Part shown: positions 22,416 through 34,272 of the stretch, one piece after another
How the letters are laid out: every line of letters begins with the position of its first letter
Numbering within the stretch: the stretch's first letter is position 1
Origin: Asterionella formosa
Taxonomy: Eukaryota
Reading direction: 5' to 3'
NCBI GenBank assembly: GCA_002256025.1
Contig: NKIB01014536.1
Coordinates: forward strand, 1-42,707
Length of the DNA stretch: 42,707 bases
Notes under the pieces: generated by a model
What the model saw: only the letters and a program-made list of their open reading frames with translations
The model's database searches: none
Told to the model about the DNA's origin: nothing
Translations under genes and position numbers: made by a program

Positions 22416-23667
22416 GGGTCTACTTAAGGAAACCATTTAATTTACTCTACAGATTTTTATAATTTATTTCTAGAATTCACCTCGTTTTTGTTCGTCTCCT
22501 GAAAAGTGGACTCCGGCAATTCACCTTTCACCATGCCGATCGTCGTCCATCATTACCGGTTTGAAGCGAAATCAGTTCAGTGATGACGCCAATAGCTATT
22601 CGTTGTCTAACGGATGCGGTTGGTTGTTGGATTGCTTGTCTTCTCGAGGGATTCATGTAGTCGCATCGTCCAAATTTCGTCGGACGAGCGATGATATCGA
22701 TACATCTGATGTTGGTGGCAAGTTTTTGCTCCGGTCATGCATGTGATCATGCTTAACGGATATTCTACTGGTAGTCATCTAGCCTTTGCTTCCATGGTCC
22801 GTTTTGATCGCTTCCATCGTCGTTTGTCATTCCACACTGTCGTTTTGTTTCGATTGTATCTATCTACATAAGAGCCAATGTATATATCGATAACTACTCT
22901 TTGACGACATACTGTTGTTGATTGTATCTGTTGATGTGTATAGTTGTTTACCATGATGTCAATATTGCCGTCAAGCAATGCTTTTCTTGTACTAACGCAC
23001 TTTGCTACATTATACTACGAGTTTGTATCACAAGCTACATAAATACTCAGCTAGAGAGAGTCAATAGTGCTGGTGCAGTGTGGCGATCACGCTTGCTCAG
23101 AATGGAATGATCAGGGTTGCTTGTTTGGTGGCCGGAGGAATGATGACTGTGGCGAAAATACTGCAACTGGTGTCAGCCAGGCTACTACAGCGATGCTTGC
23201 AGCAACCACACCATTTACACTACATAACGATGCAGGTCTAAATTGGGTTCAGCATTTTTTCTTCTTCTTTCGGTCTTCGATTGTGTGGTGATGGAAAGTC
23301 AAGCAATGTTGCCTGTTTAAGTACTACAATGATTCACAATGCATGCGTCTCCATTGAAACTCCTATTTTTTACTTCATTTCTAACCCAAAACAATTTTTT
23401 CTATTTCTTATTTGATGCAACTTATTACATCGCATGATTTCATAGTTTGGTTGCTCCAAACATCATATTCAATTTTCGTTGATGTTGCATGTTGTTACAA
23501 TCATTCTCGTGTGTTTTACGCTTGTTGTACCATCTCCATGCATATTACTGTTATTCTGGTTGTCATGCTAAAAATCGGCAATTTTAATGCCAAAAAATTC
23601 GATGTGCCCCATATTGCCCCAAAATAAAAATTACTTAAAGCCTAAAAATTACTTAGAAGTTGTACCC
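22416..23667. mobile_element. Possible old non-autonomous MULE-like element
   Basis: Left end GGGTCTACTTAAG versus right-end reverse complement GGGTACAACTTCTAAG; flanks aattggcaag / gaatggcaag resemble a degraded 9-10 bp TSD. Confidence 0.3.
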
Positions 23668-23715
23668 GAATGGCAAGACGATAGCTGGAGCGGGAATTGC
23701 TGGTAGCAGCCAGTG

Positions 23716-24290
23716 TGTTAAATCCATACTAGGTTTAAGCTCTTGCACATACCTACAGCATACGTATTGGTAACATGTATCTCCACTATACTGCGCACGC
23801 CTGTTAACGATAGAATGACTCCACCAGAGGTAAATTGTAATAATCCTCTGCTACTCCCCTTCATTACAGCTGTTAACCAAGGTATGTGTGCCACAAGATT
23901 ACCCAACAAGGTTGCTGTGGAATCAATCATAAAATTTGAGCAAATATCAAGAATTTTCTCATCAATTCACATAATAGGTTACTGCTGTAGTGCAATAATC
24001 TCCCCTTTCTGCTATTCTGCTGCCATGGGACATATCTCCCCTTTCTGTGATCCTCTGAGCATCTGTGTAGGCTAGATCCACCATTGGATGAGGATATATC
24101 CCCCCCATTTGAGGAGTTGGCAAGCAAGGGGTCGGCGATGCTTGAGGGATGGGCAGATATGGTGGGGTAGCAATCAAGGAAGGTGGGTGGGAGATGTGGA
24201 GGCTGGCCATGAGACAGGAAGCAAAGCGATGGAAAGGATGGTAATGCCAGGTGTGGGAGGAGAGAATGCATGCCCCTTCTGCTTGTAAGA
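23716..24290 (-). mobile_element. Possible 3' end of a Copia element (RNase H tail, PPT, 3' LTR)
   Basis: Minus strand: ...FHRFASCLM, then polypurine AGAAAGGGGAGA (23999-24010, with a duplicate 36 bp upstream), then TATTG...TTAACA (23997-23716) as a candidate LTR. Confidence 0.35.
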
Positions 24291-24334
24291 CTCTTATGGG
24301 CACATTGAGCGCCCCTGGTTAAACTGAAAGAATA

Positions 24335-25156
24335 CATTTTTGCATAAAAGTCTCGGAAAATGCATAAAACGTAAGTCAGGGGAGTTCATGATCATTTCCG
24401 CAATGCGAAGTTTTTATTCGCTTAAAGAACAAGCAGTCTATTGTTGAATGGCTTATTAAAGTATGTCTATAGTAAGCTGTCAAATGACCTCAAGATTCCA
24501 TAGAAATATGAACCACGACAATTAGTGTGTACATGAAAGTCACTACAAAACTGACGTTGAGGAATTTGTTGCATCTTGAAATGTTGTTCCCTCTCCAAGA
24601 ATACTGTCGCTCAGGTTTTCTCATCTATTTCTACAAATATAGAAAACCTTATCTAGTCAAAGTTATCAAGCTAATCATCGCGGACTCAAAACTGTCGCTA
24701 CTTCGGTCATATCTTCAAAACTTAGCAAATGACGACCAATAACAACTTTCAGCGCCGATTTTATTTTGTTGTTGTCAATACTTACTGGAAGTACGTACCC
24801 AGTAGTATGTATGCCAAGGATATGTACCGGTAATATATAATGCTATATACGGAATGTACAAAGTAGATACATACAAGGTCTGTTGCACATATGATGTGTT
24901 CCATCTCGAAAACGTAAGTACATCTGATTCATTATGCATCCGATTTCTCGACAAAATGTGCAGTAGTACAATCATATTTTGATTTTTCGATTTTCAATAT
25001 TCTAAGTAAAAAGAATCATGGAAAACTTAGTTATGAAAAGTTTCTATCAATGATAGAAATTCATATTGATTTGCTACAAATTTAGTCAAAAAAAGTAATC
25101 CCGAGTTCCCCCGACTAACTCATTATGCATTTTCGGACATTTTTATGCAAAAAGTG
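24335..25156. mobile_element. Non-autonomous Tc1/mariner-type element (MITE), 822 bp, ~60-bp TIRs, TA TSD
   Basis: Left TA|CATTTTTGCATAAAAGTCTCGGAAAATGCATAAAACGTAAGTCAGGGGAG matches right-end reverse complement TA|CACTTTTTGCATAAAAATGTCCGAAAATGCATAATGAGTTAGTCGGGGGAA. No transposase ORF inside. Confidence 0.85.
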
Positions 25157-25491
25157 TAATGGACCATCTATGTGCGATCTAAATAAATATATGATAATAT
25201 GGTTTACCTAATTCATGCATGTGTACATATGCCTGTATACTCCGAGGTCGTGGTAAACCGCTAATTTGTCCAAAAAAGGTCGATCGACACTTTCACGTAA
25301 AAATATTGATTACACAAATGAATGTTCAGTGTAGCTCGCTCATACTTCTTAGAGAAACGCTACATGCTCAGCTACAGATGGATCGTTTCAGATTTGTAAA
25401 CTATCAGAAATTCATGACAAAACGTGTTATTCTACGTATAGTGGTTCAAAGTGGTAAAATAATTTCGATAGAGATTCAAAGCAGTTTTTAG

Positions 25492-25686
25492 GTGGTAGTA
25501 TGTTTTTCCCTATCGTTTTCTGTCGCAGCTCGCTCTGTAGAAGCTGTGATGTATGGTTATTGTGGTACTTTGTTTTTCCCTATTGTTTTCTGTCGCAGCT
25601 CTGTAGAGGCTGCGATGTATGGGCTGGTTATTGTGGTAATATGTTTTTCCCTATTGTTTTCTGTCGCAGCTCTGTAGATGCTGTGA
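25492..25686 (+). repeat. ~70-bp tandem repeat (3 copies)
   Basis: Unit gtggta..tgtttttccctat.gttttctgtcgcagctctgtaga.gctg.ga repeated three times. Confidence 0.9.
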
Positions 25687-25899
25687 AAGTCAAAGCGCTG
25701 GAATCGATTATACCGGAAAAATTTGCTGCATCACCATTATTGTGCGTTGCAATGGGTCGCAACAGGATGGCAGTGGTTATGGAGCAGGGGCAGAACGCCA
25801 CAACATGACGAAGTTCCAAGGATCATGAATAGAAAGAAAATTTGGTTGCATTCTGGTGGTACTATTGGACTTGGAAAACAGCGAGGAAGGCTGTGGTTG

Positions 25900-26400
25900 A
25901 GGGTCTCTCCTGCTGAGCGAGGCCAAGTGTAGGTGCGTAGAAATCCGGTCCATGTGTCGATTCCCTTTGAGGACATTGGGGGTGACGAATTTCCCAGTTC
26001 CATCTACTAAGTCCGCCACTGTGATGACTCTTAGATATAAACGACAAGCATTTAGCCTTTTCAATTCTTTTGGTGTTAGCTTCAAAGCTGGCGTACACTT
26101 TCAACAATACCTGTCTGCTTGTTCTTTTGGAAACTAGAATTTTCGCATCGCTGCTAGAAGAAAAACTAATTCCCAAAAAGAGCCGTTGAGCATTTAGAAA
26201 CACTTATGTGCAAGGATGGTAAGAATGGATCTAGCGCTTCCTGGCGTAATCAGCCCTGGATGCTCAGAGAGAACCCAAACCAAGATCAACCCAACAGGCG
26301 TCATGGTGCTGAAGCACGGGAAAAATCAAATCTTTATTTGATTGCAACTGCCAAAGAGCACCAAAGCTGTAAGGACGCTTCATATAGTAGAACTGAGCAG
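25900..26400 (-). mobile_element. Non-LTR (LINE) retrotransposon internal fragment
   Basis: LTPKELKRLNACRLYLRVITVADLVDGTG...YTWP matches the L-x2-N-x-CRLYL-x5-D post-RT motif of diatom LINEs. Same strand as, and upstream of, the 20.3-21.4 kb remnant. Confidence 0.65.
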
Positions 26401-26984
26401 AACAAATAGTTGCATTATCGCACTTCTTTTTTCTTGTCATTATTGATTGCAGAATTCACAATATCTGGATTTGACATAATGCATCGTTGTTGAGCGTCAA
26501 TAGCGACTAGTTTGACGTGCGTGGTGAGTCAAAATCAAACGATTTCACAATGGACTCCTCCTTTTCCGACCGTCTACATTTAACATACAATTGAAGCTTT
26601 AACAAACAGGATGTGGAAGGAGCAGGAAAGGATGACGAGCCGAGGACATGACAGCTTGCTTAATAGAACTCCAAAGTACTTTCAGGTTATAGTATTGTCA
26701 TTCATAGCATGTCACTGCAGTACACGAGTCGAAATCTGGAAATGCCAACAATTGTCTACTCCTTTGCTTTTGGACCGGCTATATTGAGTATACAATGAAA
26801 ACTGTAACAAATGGAATAGGAGCTGAGAAGCATCAACTTCATTGATTTTATCCTCTCCATTTATCTGAAATATTCGCACATTTTCTGCTGCACTCGAGCC
26901 CACATACTCCGAAAAATATTTACTGAGCGATGCTTAACTTTATCAATTTACCTCCGTTTTAAGAGTATCGACACTCCAAATGTG

Positions 26985-27475
26985 GACATTGATCTTGTGT
27001 ACATCGCATACTTTTCAATTAAGCAGCTGGATAGAAAATCAGTGGAAAAAATTGAGGTTTCCATTTTCGTGGTTGCATCACTGATTCTGTGATGAAATTT
27101 GCATCATCAGTCAACAAGTAGGCTAAACATACTGATGCCCAATTTGATAACTACACATTTCTGAGCAAATTGACATTCGACATGAAGGCATTGATCTCGT
27201 TTACATCGAATAAATTACTAGATAGAAATTGGCTTCAAATTGGTGGAGAAATATAGATCGACATTTTGGTTGCTAGTACATCACTGATCAGCAGTCCACA
27301 AGCATCGAAAATTTTACATATACTGATACCCAAATTGATCAAAATACGTTTGTTCTGAGTATATCAAGTAACATTCGACATGAAAGCATTGATCTCATGT
27401 AAATTGAATACTATACTAGATAGAAATCGGCTTCAAATTGACGGAGAAATATGGATTGGAATTTTGGTTGCGACA
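26985..27475 (+). repeat. Degenerate ~198-bp tandem repeat (about 2.5 copies)
   Basis: acattcgacatgaa.gcattgatctc...actagatagaaat.ggcttcaaattg..ggagaaatat at 27173 and 27371; a more diverged copy at ~26985. Confidence 0.8.
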
Positions 27476-27608
27476 TACTATCGCTAAAATTGAAAAAGCT
27501 TGTAGTCCAAAATGTAAGATTACCCCACCGTTATGGTGGTCTAAGCAGTTCATAGGAGTGGTCTTCAGCAGTTTTTGACTGTTAACTGCTACTCCGTACC
27601 TGGTACCA

Positions 27609-28760
27609 TTACTATTGACAATAGATTCTATACTGGTACATAAAACGCGTAGATTTCCTACATGGTTTGATTGCTGCTTAATAATCACAATAGTCTGGAA
27701 GGAAAAGCACACCCATGATACACCAGTGATCAGACCAAAAAACCCCTTGGTGATACAAAAAAAACCAAACCGCCATTTTTGTATCATATTTCGGAGATGA
27801 TACACCAATGACGACCAATGACAGACTGATAAGAACGGCCCTTATCATTCCGAATTTGCTGTATCATTTTGGGGTTGTGGGCAAAAAGTGACGGTTGGTA
27901 TCAAAACTAGTTATCAGCAACAGTAACTTGATGGTATCAATTTTGTATCAATGATACAAAATTGATACCGTTTTTTGCCCCCTCCAAAAATGTTATCAGT
28001 GATACTGACGTTTTCATGCAGGTATCTTTTCCGTTGTCACTGACAAGATAACCGAAAATACGCCCTCTGCAGGGCAGTACTTTTATTGACATCTATATAA
28101 TATATACATTAAAATTATTATGGTGTGTGCATCAAAGAAGCACCATACAATTATTATAGCGGCCGTGTGTGGCAATGTTCAGCCGCAACACCAAAAAACG
28201 ACAACCACTGAGTCGAGAATTGAACAGATTGAGTCATGTACATAGAGATATACCCGGTATCTAATTACAGATACCTGGCACTGATATTCGGGAACTCATA
28301 ACAAAGTACTAGGCGATAGAATACGAAAATGATCACGTGTCTACGACGTATACCAGCTGTGCAAATACTTTGGTTAGCTTTGGCTGTCACTACCGGTACC
28401 AGGTACCCGGTACTATTACTCGTCCAGCACGTACTAGGCAATAGAATATGAAAATGATCACGTGACTACGACAAATACCTGTGCAAATACTATTGACTAT
28501 AGTAATCCATATACATAATTCGCGTACCGGTAGATTTCTTGCATGGTTTGAGGACTGCTTTGGTACCAGTACGTAGTCTGGAAGGAAAAGCACATGTTTG
28601 TAGCCAGCCCGTAACCGTTGAATTTTCGTGATATTTTTTGGTGAAACAATTTTATTTTTATTTTTGTGGAGAATGGATTTTTTCGGTTTAAATTGAGTAG
28701 CCGTTGCATGATACGTTTTCAAAAAATATGATACCAAATCGAAAATGATAAGAACGCACC
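27609..28760 (+). repeat. Dispersed direct duplications (27609-27712 vs 28489-28594; 28306-28370 vs 28431-28491)
   Basis: Shared tactattgac...cgcgta..gattt...catggtttga...tagtctggaaggaaaagcac, and gtactaggc.atagaata.gaaaatgatcacgtg.ctacgac...tgtgcaaatact. Confidence 0.85.
27715..28000. repeat. Foldback-like region rich in GATAC/GTATC, with a perfect 18-bp inverted repeat
   Basis: GGTATCAATTTTGTATCA-A-TGATACAAAATTGATACC (27933-27969); outer imperfect arms at ~27860-27904 and ~27962-27998; GATACAAAAA...TTTTTGTATC (27752-27785). Confidence 0.8.
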
Positions 28761-30900
28761 TCAGTTTTTAGAGCTCTTATTTACCGGTACCGGTAGTTGA
28801 TATCATATATAGTATCATCCATGTATCATACATTTAACAAAGCTCATTCACATCAACATTATCGGCCCACACGACTTGCTTGCAAAATGACTTTCCACTG
28901 TGTAGACATCATACCATTATATTCAGGTACCAGGTACCAGGTACTCACTCATTGCTTGTCAGTTCCTGGATCCGACAAGAATCCGAACAACATCCAACAA
29001 GACTGACTTTTGGCCAAGAAGGGCCGGTGTGTTACGGAATTCACTATAGTTCCGCTACGAGGAAAGAGTACCTGGTACTTTACAAGCAGCATACCGGTAC
29101 TATGTACGAGGTGTTGTTTATTGAAACTGTTTGAAAGTGTTCGTTTGTATGCAATTCCTACCACCTTGTCCTCCCTTGTACCAGGTACCCGTGGTGAATA
29201 CGAGAACATCGTAATGTAATTCTTCGGTTGATATACTGGTAGGTGGTTCGTAATAGCTATATCTTAATTAAGCAATCGGCATGTTCTATCTTTTTATCCA
29301 TTATGTTTATATTTATATGAATTACCGGTACCTGGTACTCTGCAACCGACAGGTTTCCAAGGCGACTCCGACAACATGCCAACAAGACTAACTTTTCCAG
29401 TTAGATGGTATACTCCATACCCGAATGTAAGAAATATGTAGGACTTGCTGACTGGCGGTGCGCTTAGCTGGTGTACCTGGCTGGTCCTCGTTATTAACAG
29501 GTACCAGGTACCAGGTACCCTGGAACTATTTCATGTTGCTCTGCTGTCACCTTCACAGACCACCACCAACCAAAACTTGGTGTTGAAGATCAAGCACTCC
29601 CTGGACCTGGTATCAGCGTACGGTATGTACAACTAGAATGCCATACCGTACATATGTTTATACCTGCTGAACTACATAGGTACGACTTAGTCTGTAACAA
29701 ATTCGATTTATACATTTGTAAAGGTGTGTCTGTATGGTTGAGACGTTGAGACAGTCGTTTATGACTGTCAGCCTACATATAGATCTGTATGTACCGGTAC
29801 CTGGTATCAAAGTTCAAATCATCTCACAGTCACTGCTCCTTTAACCAGAAATACCGGTTTGTGAGTACCCAGGTACAACTGCTTACCTGGCCGGTCCTAC
29901 CGCTAGCGTCTACCGGCACATGTTATTCAACGGGACCTCGTACCAGGTACTGTAGCTGATACCCTACGATGGCAGTTGTGTTCTGCACTGCCTACATACA
30001 TCATCACTTACTTGCGGTACCTGGTAGTCTACATCTGAGAAAAAGGCGGTCAGTTGCAATTAAATGTCGTATGTAGGTGCACTGAAGAGTATCGAATTTA
30101 TGGCGAAATTCTACAGGGTATTTTCTTATGTACTCCGTACTCCCCAGGTAGCCGGTACCTGGTACCAGAGCTGTGCTGAAGGCCTCAGCAACTGTCATGG
30201 TAAACATTGGATTAAATTAATTTCCCTCTTGCTGCCAGTGAATAAATTGTGAAACGGTAGGCTCTCTGTCCGGTCCACCCTTGGTCATTCCTGGGTGCGT
30301 CATAGCACCAGTACTCGTACATACCCACCGATATGTAGTCTTATTGAATGCCGACAGCTTACATCCATACTTTTATATCAGTGAGATATCTGATAGTACT
30401 CTGTACTTACAATTGACTACCAGTGCAAGCAGCCTTCCAAATTGACTACCGGTAGGGCTAGATTTGGTACTCCCGGGGTACCTGGTAATCTACTGACTAG
30501 AGAGTGCCGGTGGGTACCCCTGGTACCTGGTACTGTCTGCACGCCGCGATCACATTCAGCAGCTCGTCTTTGCTCCATGTAATGCCTCATACAGTAGGGT
30601 ACCAGGTACCAGGTTCCTAGCCTACGTCAAGCAACTTCCTCGACAACTCGGCGCACCTCAAACTTCAGCACCTCCACCTCAAGTTGTATATACATAGAGA
30701 TATTGTACCAGGTAGACTACCTGGTACCTGGTACTTCTCCGACCATGATATACCGGTAGAATACCAGGTAGTCTACGAGGTACGGCTATGATGGTGCTCC
30801 TTTGGTGCTACCTGGTACCAGGTGCCAGATACCAGGTACCAGGGTACCTGGTACTGTATATATTCCGGTTGTTGTTATTAGCCGGAACAAATACCGGTAC
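28250..30900. repeat. Dense field of TA-CC(N)GG-TA motifs and short stacked arrays
   Basis: Examples: TACCGGTACCAGGTACCCGGTA 28391-28412; TACCGGTACCGGTA 28782-28795; 28928-28943; 29502-29517; 30809-30858. Confidence 0.85.
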
Positions 30901-31269
30901 TTAATTCACTATTTAATTAACCTATCTAGGTACATCTTGGTGCAGCTACTAAGAATGAAGCGTTGAAATAGCGGTTATTTAGTCATGTCGCTCGATACTT
31001 TTGGTCGTTTGGGAACTGTTCTGGAATCTTGTAGAGCACTATCAAATACTTGAAGTACCCCGGCGAGATGCCAATATTGTGGGTCTAATTTGGCGTTAAT
31101 TCCTTTACCAGACTCTTTTGATTTTTACTATCATTGAAATTGAAAAAAGACCTTACTGCGCAAAAGACTCGACTTGCGCCCAACAAAATTGGTATCCCGG
31201 TTGCATCTTTCACATTTCAGTGAAACAAAATAAGAAGACACAATTTCGCAAACTCGAACAACTTACAAC

Positions 31270-33614
31270 ATGACTCGATTCAGTGCAATCGTACTGGCTA
31301 TAGTCGTCTCTGTCGTCGCCTCTGCGAAGCCGCGATCAGGCAAGAGGAACCTTCGTTATGAACCGCTCCGCTTCCTACAAGACAGCGTCGGAGGTCAATG
31401 TCAATGTTATGGGCCAAAGGTGGGCCGTTTATTGACAGAAATAGATAATGAACCTGCTGTCGAAGCTGAAGTAAACCAGAGAAAACTATGGGCTGGAAAG
31501 GGCGATATGGACTACGCCAACTCCAAACCCAAACCAACCGCCAAGAATGGAATCTCGAAGCCTGACTGTTGCATAGCGGTCTGCGGAGGCAGTCCTGTTG
31601 CTCCTTATCCATCTCCGGTCGTTCCTTATGCAGCTCCTGCTGATTTTTATGTCCCAGCACCTTCTGGTGGCAATGGCGGAAACGGCGGCAATGGTGGAAA
31701 CGGCGGCAATGGTGGAAACGGCGGCAATGGTGGAAACGGCGGCAATGGAGGCAGCGGTGGTGGTGGGTACAGAGAACTGGGTTTCTATGTTACAAATCCT
31801 GAATGTACTTGGGAAAGTTGTGGATGCCCACCAGTGCCTGTTTACCCTGCTCCTTACCCGGCTCCTTACAGTCCCCCTTACCCGGCTCCTTACAGTCCCC
31901 CTTACCCGGCTCCTTACAGTCCCCCTTACCCGGCTCCTTACAGTCCCCCTTACCCGGCTCCAACAATGCCAAAGACGAATCCACCAGTCGTACCTCCCAC
32001 TCCTCCGCCCACGTTTTCTCCTGTCACTCCTCCTCCAGTGCAAATTAAGACGAATGCACCTCTTGCACCTACCGCTGCTCCTACTGGCGTTTGCATCACC
32101 ACGGTAAGTAGCTCTTGCATGCAATCCACGAAATGGATATGTGTTTTGCACTTCACCGTTTTTTTAACACTTGTCTGAATTTTTTTATATAGGTCTCAAT
32201 TACGTGCATGGGCCCAGGCGGCGAAGAGTGCGCGATGATCCCACCACCTCAAACCACAGATGACTGCATGGTCGATGTCACCTACACTTACACCATTACC
32301 AACACCGGAGCTGAAGTGATGAGTCTTGTCGACCTCAAGTCTACTCAGAACGGCGTGGAAACTTCGTTGGACCTTGGCGGAAAAACCGAGCTTCAACCTG
32401 GTGAATCCATCACCGTCACCGAGGTTGTGGCGATTGATCTTTGCGTTGGCACACCAAATTTGACCACGGTCACCGTAACGGGTCAGCCACCAATGGGACA
32501 GATCTGTACAGGAACCGACACTTACGAGTTCACTCCTGGTACCAAGGCACCAAGCACTCCATCACCAGTTACCCCAGCACCAGTTACTCCTCCTCCGGTC
32601 CAAATTAAGACGAATGCACCTCTTGCACCTACCGCTGCTCCTACTGGCGTTTGCATCACCACGGTAAGTAGCTCTTGCATGCAATCCACGAAATGGATAT
32701 ATGTGTTTTGCACTTCACCGTTTTTTAACACTTGTCTGAATTTTTTTATATAGGTCTCAATTACGTGCATGGGCCCAGGCGGCGAAGAGTGCGCGATGAT
32801 CCCACCACCTCAAACCACAGATGACTGCATGGTCGATGTCACCTACACTTACACCATTACCAACACCGGAGCTGAAGTGATGAGTCTTGTCGACCTCAAG
32901 TCTACTCAGAACGGCGTGGAAACTTCGTTGGACCTTGGCGGAAAAACCGAGCTTCAACCTGGTGAATCCATCACCGTCACCGAGGTTGTGGCGATTGATC
33001 TTTGCGTTGGCACACCAAATTTGACCACGGTCACCGTAACGGGTCAGCCACCAATGGGACAGATCTGTACTGGAACCGACACTTACGAGTTCACTCCTGG
33101 TACCAAGGCACCAAGCACTCCATCACCAGTTACCCCAGCACCAGTTACTCCTCCTCCGGTCCAAATTAAGACGAATGCACCTACTGTACCTCCGACTCCT
33201 CCTCCTACTCCAGCACCAGTGAGTAGTTCGCCAACACCGTGCGTTGACGGTGAATCAATCAACACCTGTGTCTGCAATAATGGCGAGGAAATAAATGTTT
33301 CGTTCCAAATCTGTAATCCACAACCCGAGGATTGGGTCGGTATTTACCCTTGCTTGCCTGAAAACACAACTACCTACAACTACCATCCCACGATTTGGCT
33401 TTGGACATGTTACAGCGCGCCATGTTCAGACGGGAACTTGGCGTTCCAGAACGATTTGACGTTTAACAGCACTCTACCATCATACACGAATTATGGTCCA
33501 CATACATGGCCTCTGCCTCCTGGATGCTATGTAACCATCCTCAACCGAAATTACGGATTGAGTCCCCCTCCATATGACATTGTCATTGAAGGTGAACCTT
33601 TCTACATCGTGTAG
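31270..33614 (+). CDS. Secreted Pro/Gly/Cys-rich cell-wall or adhesion-type protein, 721 aa; join(31270..32103,32193..32663,32754..33614)
   Basis: Signal peptide MTRFSAIVLAIVVSVVASA. Two phase-0 GT-AG introns (32104-32192, 32664-32753) join three ORFs in frame (...CITT|VSITCMGP). Features: RXL motifs, (GGN)n, (PYPAPYSP)n, two identical beta-rich CMVDVTYTYTITNTG domains, and a C-terminal DWVGIY...WPLPPG.Y (SKICH/Ig-like) domain. Confidence 0.92.
31666..31767 (+). repeat. Coding 18-bp/9-bp repeat encoding (GGN)n
   Basis: ggcggcaatggtggaaac repeated in tandem. Confidence 0.95.
31852..31962 (+). repeat. Coding 24-bp repeat encoding PYPAPYSP (~4.5 copies)
   Basis: ccttacccggctccttacagtccc at 31852, 31876, 31900 and 31924, partial at 31948. 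Confidence 0.95.
32026..33182 (+). repeat. Near-perfect 560/561-bp intron+exon tandem duplication
   Basis: The copies differ by two small indels in the intron and a few synonymous changes (e.g. ACA at 32510 vs ACT at 33071). Confidence 0.95.
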
Positions 33615-34272
33615 TTCTACGATGCTAAGATATTGGGATCTGTGTGAAAAAAGTATTGCCTTGTCTATCCTGTCTTCTACAAGGTATCAATTAAGATACA
33701 AGGCGTTGATTCTAAAAGATAAAATATATATATGCATGTTAGTATGACCTTTTTGTTGTCAAATTGAACTCTTGAGAGAGTCGACTTTGTTCCCATCTAC
33801 CGCACGATAGTTTTATGCATTTTGGAACTGTTAGTCTGCACATAAAATTATCCACCTAGAAGCGAACACAGATCTGTTACGTCATTTCATTATTTCAGCT
33901 GAATTTTTTTTCCAGGTGAAATGATATGAGCACACAAAATCTTGTGAGTAATTTTGTTCTCCAAAATATATTAGCTGTAAGTAAATATATTTCTGAGACG
34001 CAGGCCTCATGATTCCTCCTATCTAATTTTTGAGTAATTTTTGTTTCACCCAAAGCCTCTTTTCTCTATCAAAACTTAGATTTATTTAGATAGCAGCAGG
34101 ACGAGCGAGTGATAGCAAGCTCTCCTGTCAAATGCTTACCTGTAGCCACGTGTACCTACCTACTACTTGCAGTGAATCTTCAATAGAAGTCAATGCACAA
34201 CTAAATCTATTGATTGCTCACAGCAGCCCCTCATCTTGTACTTGTACACCAGAAAAGCTTCTCTGATTTGAG

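Noticed and set aside
25492..25686. ~70-bp periodic repeat as a CRISPR array
   Set aside because: The whole unit is repeated with no unique spacers; eukaryotic context.
21843..25686. 75-bp and 70-bp tandem repeats as inverted subterminal repeats of one element
   Set aside because: Only short patchy similarity in reverse complement; not convincing without an alignment.
28250..30900. GGTACCA-type repeats as a CRISPR array, telomeric repeat or cloning (KpnI/AgeI) artefact
   Set aside because: Units are only 6-7 bp, of mixed type and orientation, irregularly spaced, with no constant-length spacers or cas genes. They sit inside native paralogous repeats.
31298..32151. Overlapping antisense and alternate-frame ORFs with RSRVRGTV, EPGKGDCK and METAAMV repeats
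   Set aside because: They are shadow frames of the stop-poor GGN and PYPAPYSP repeats in the real gene.
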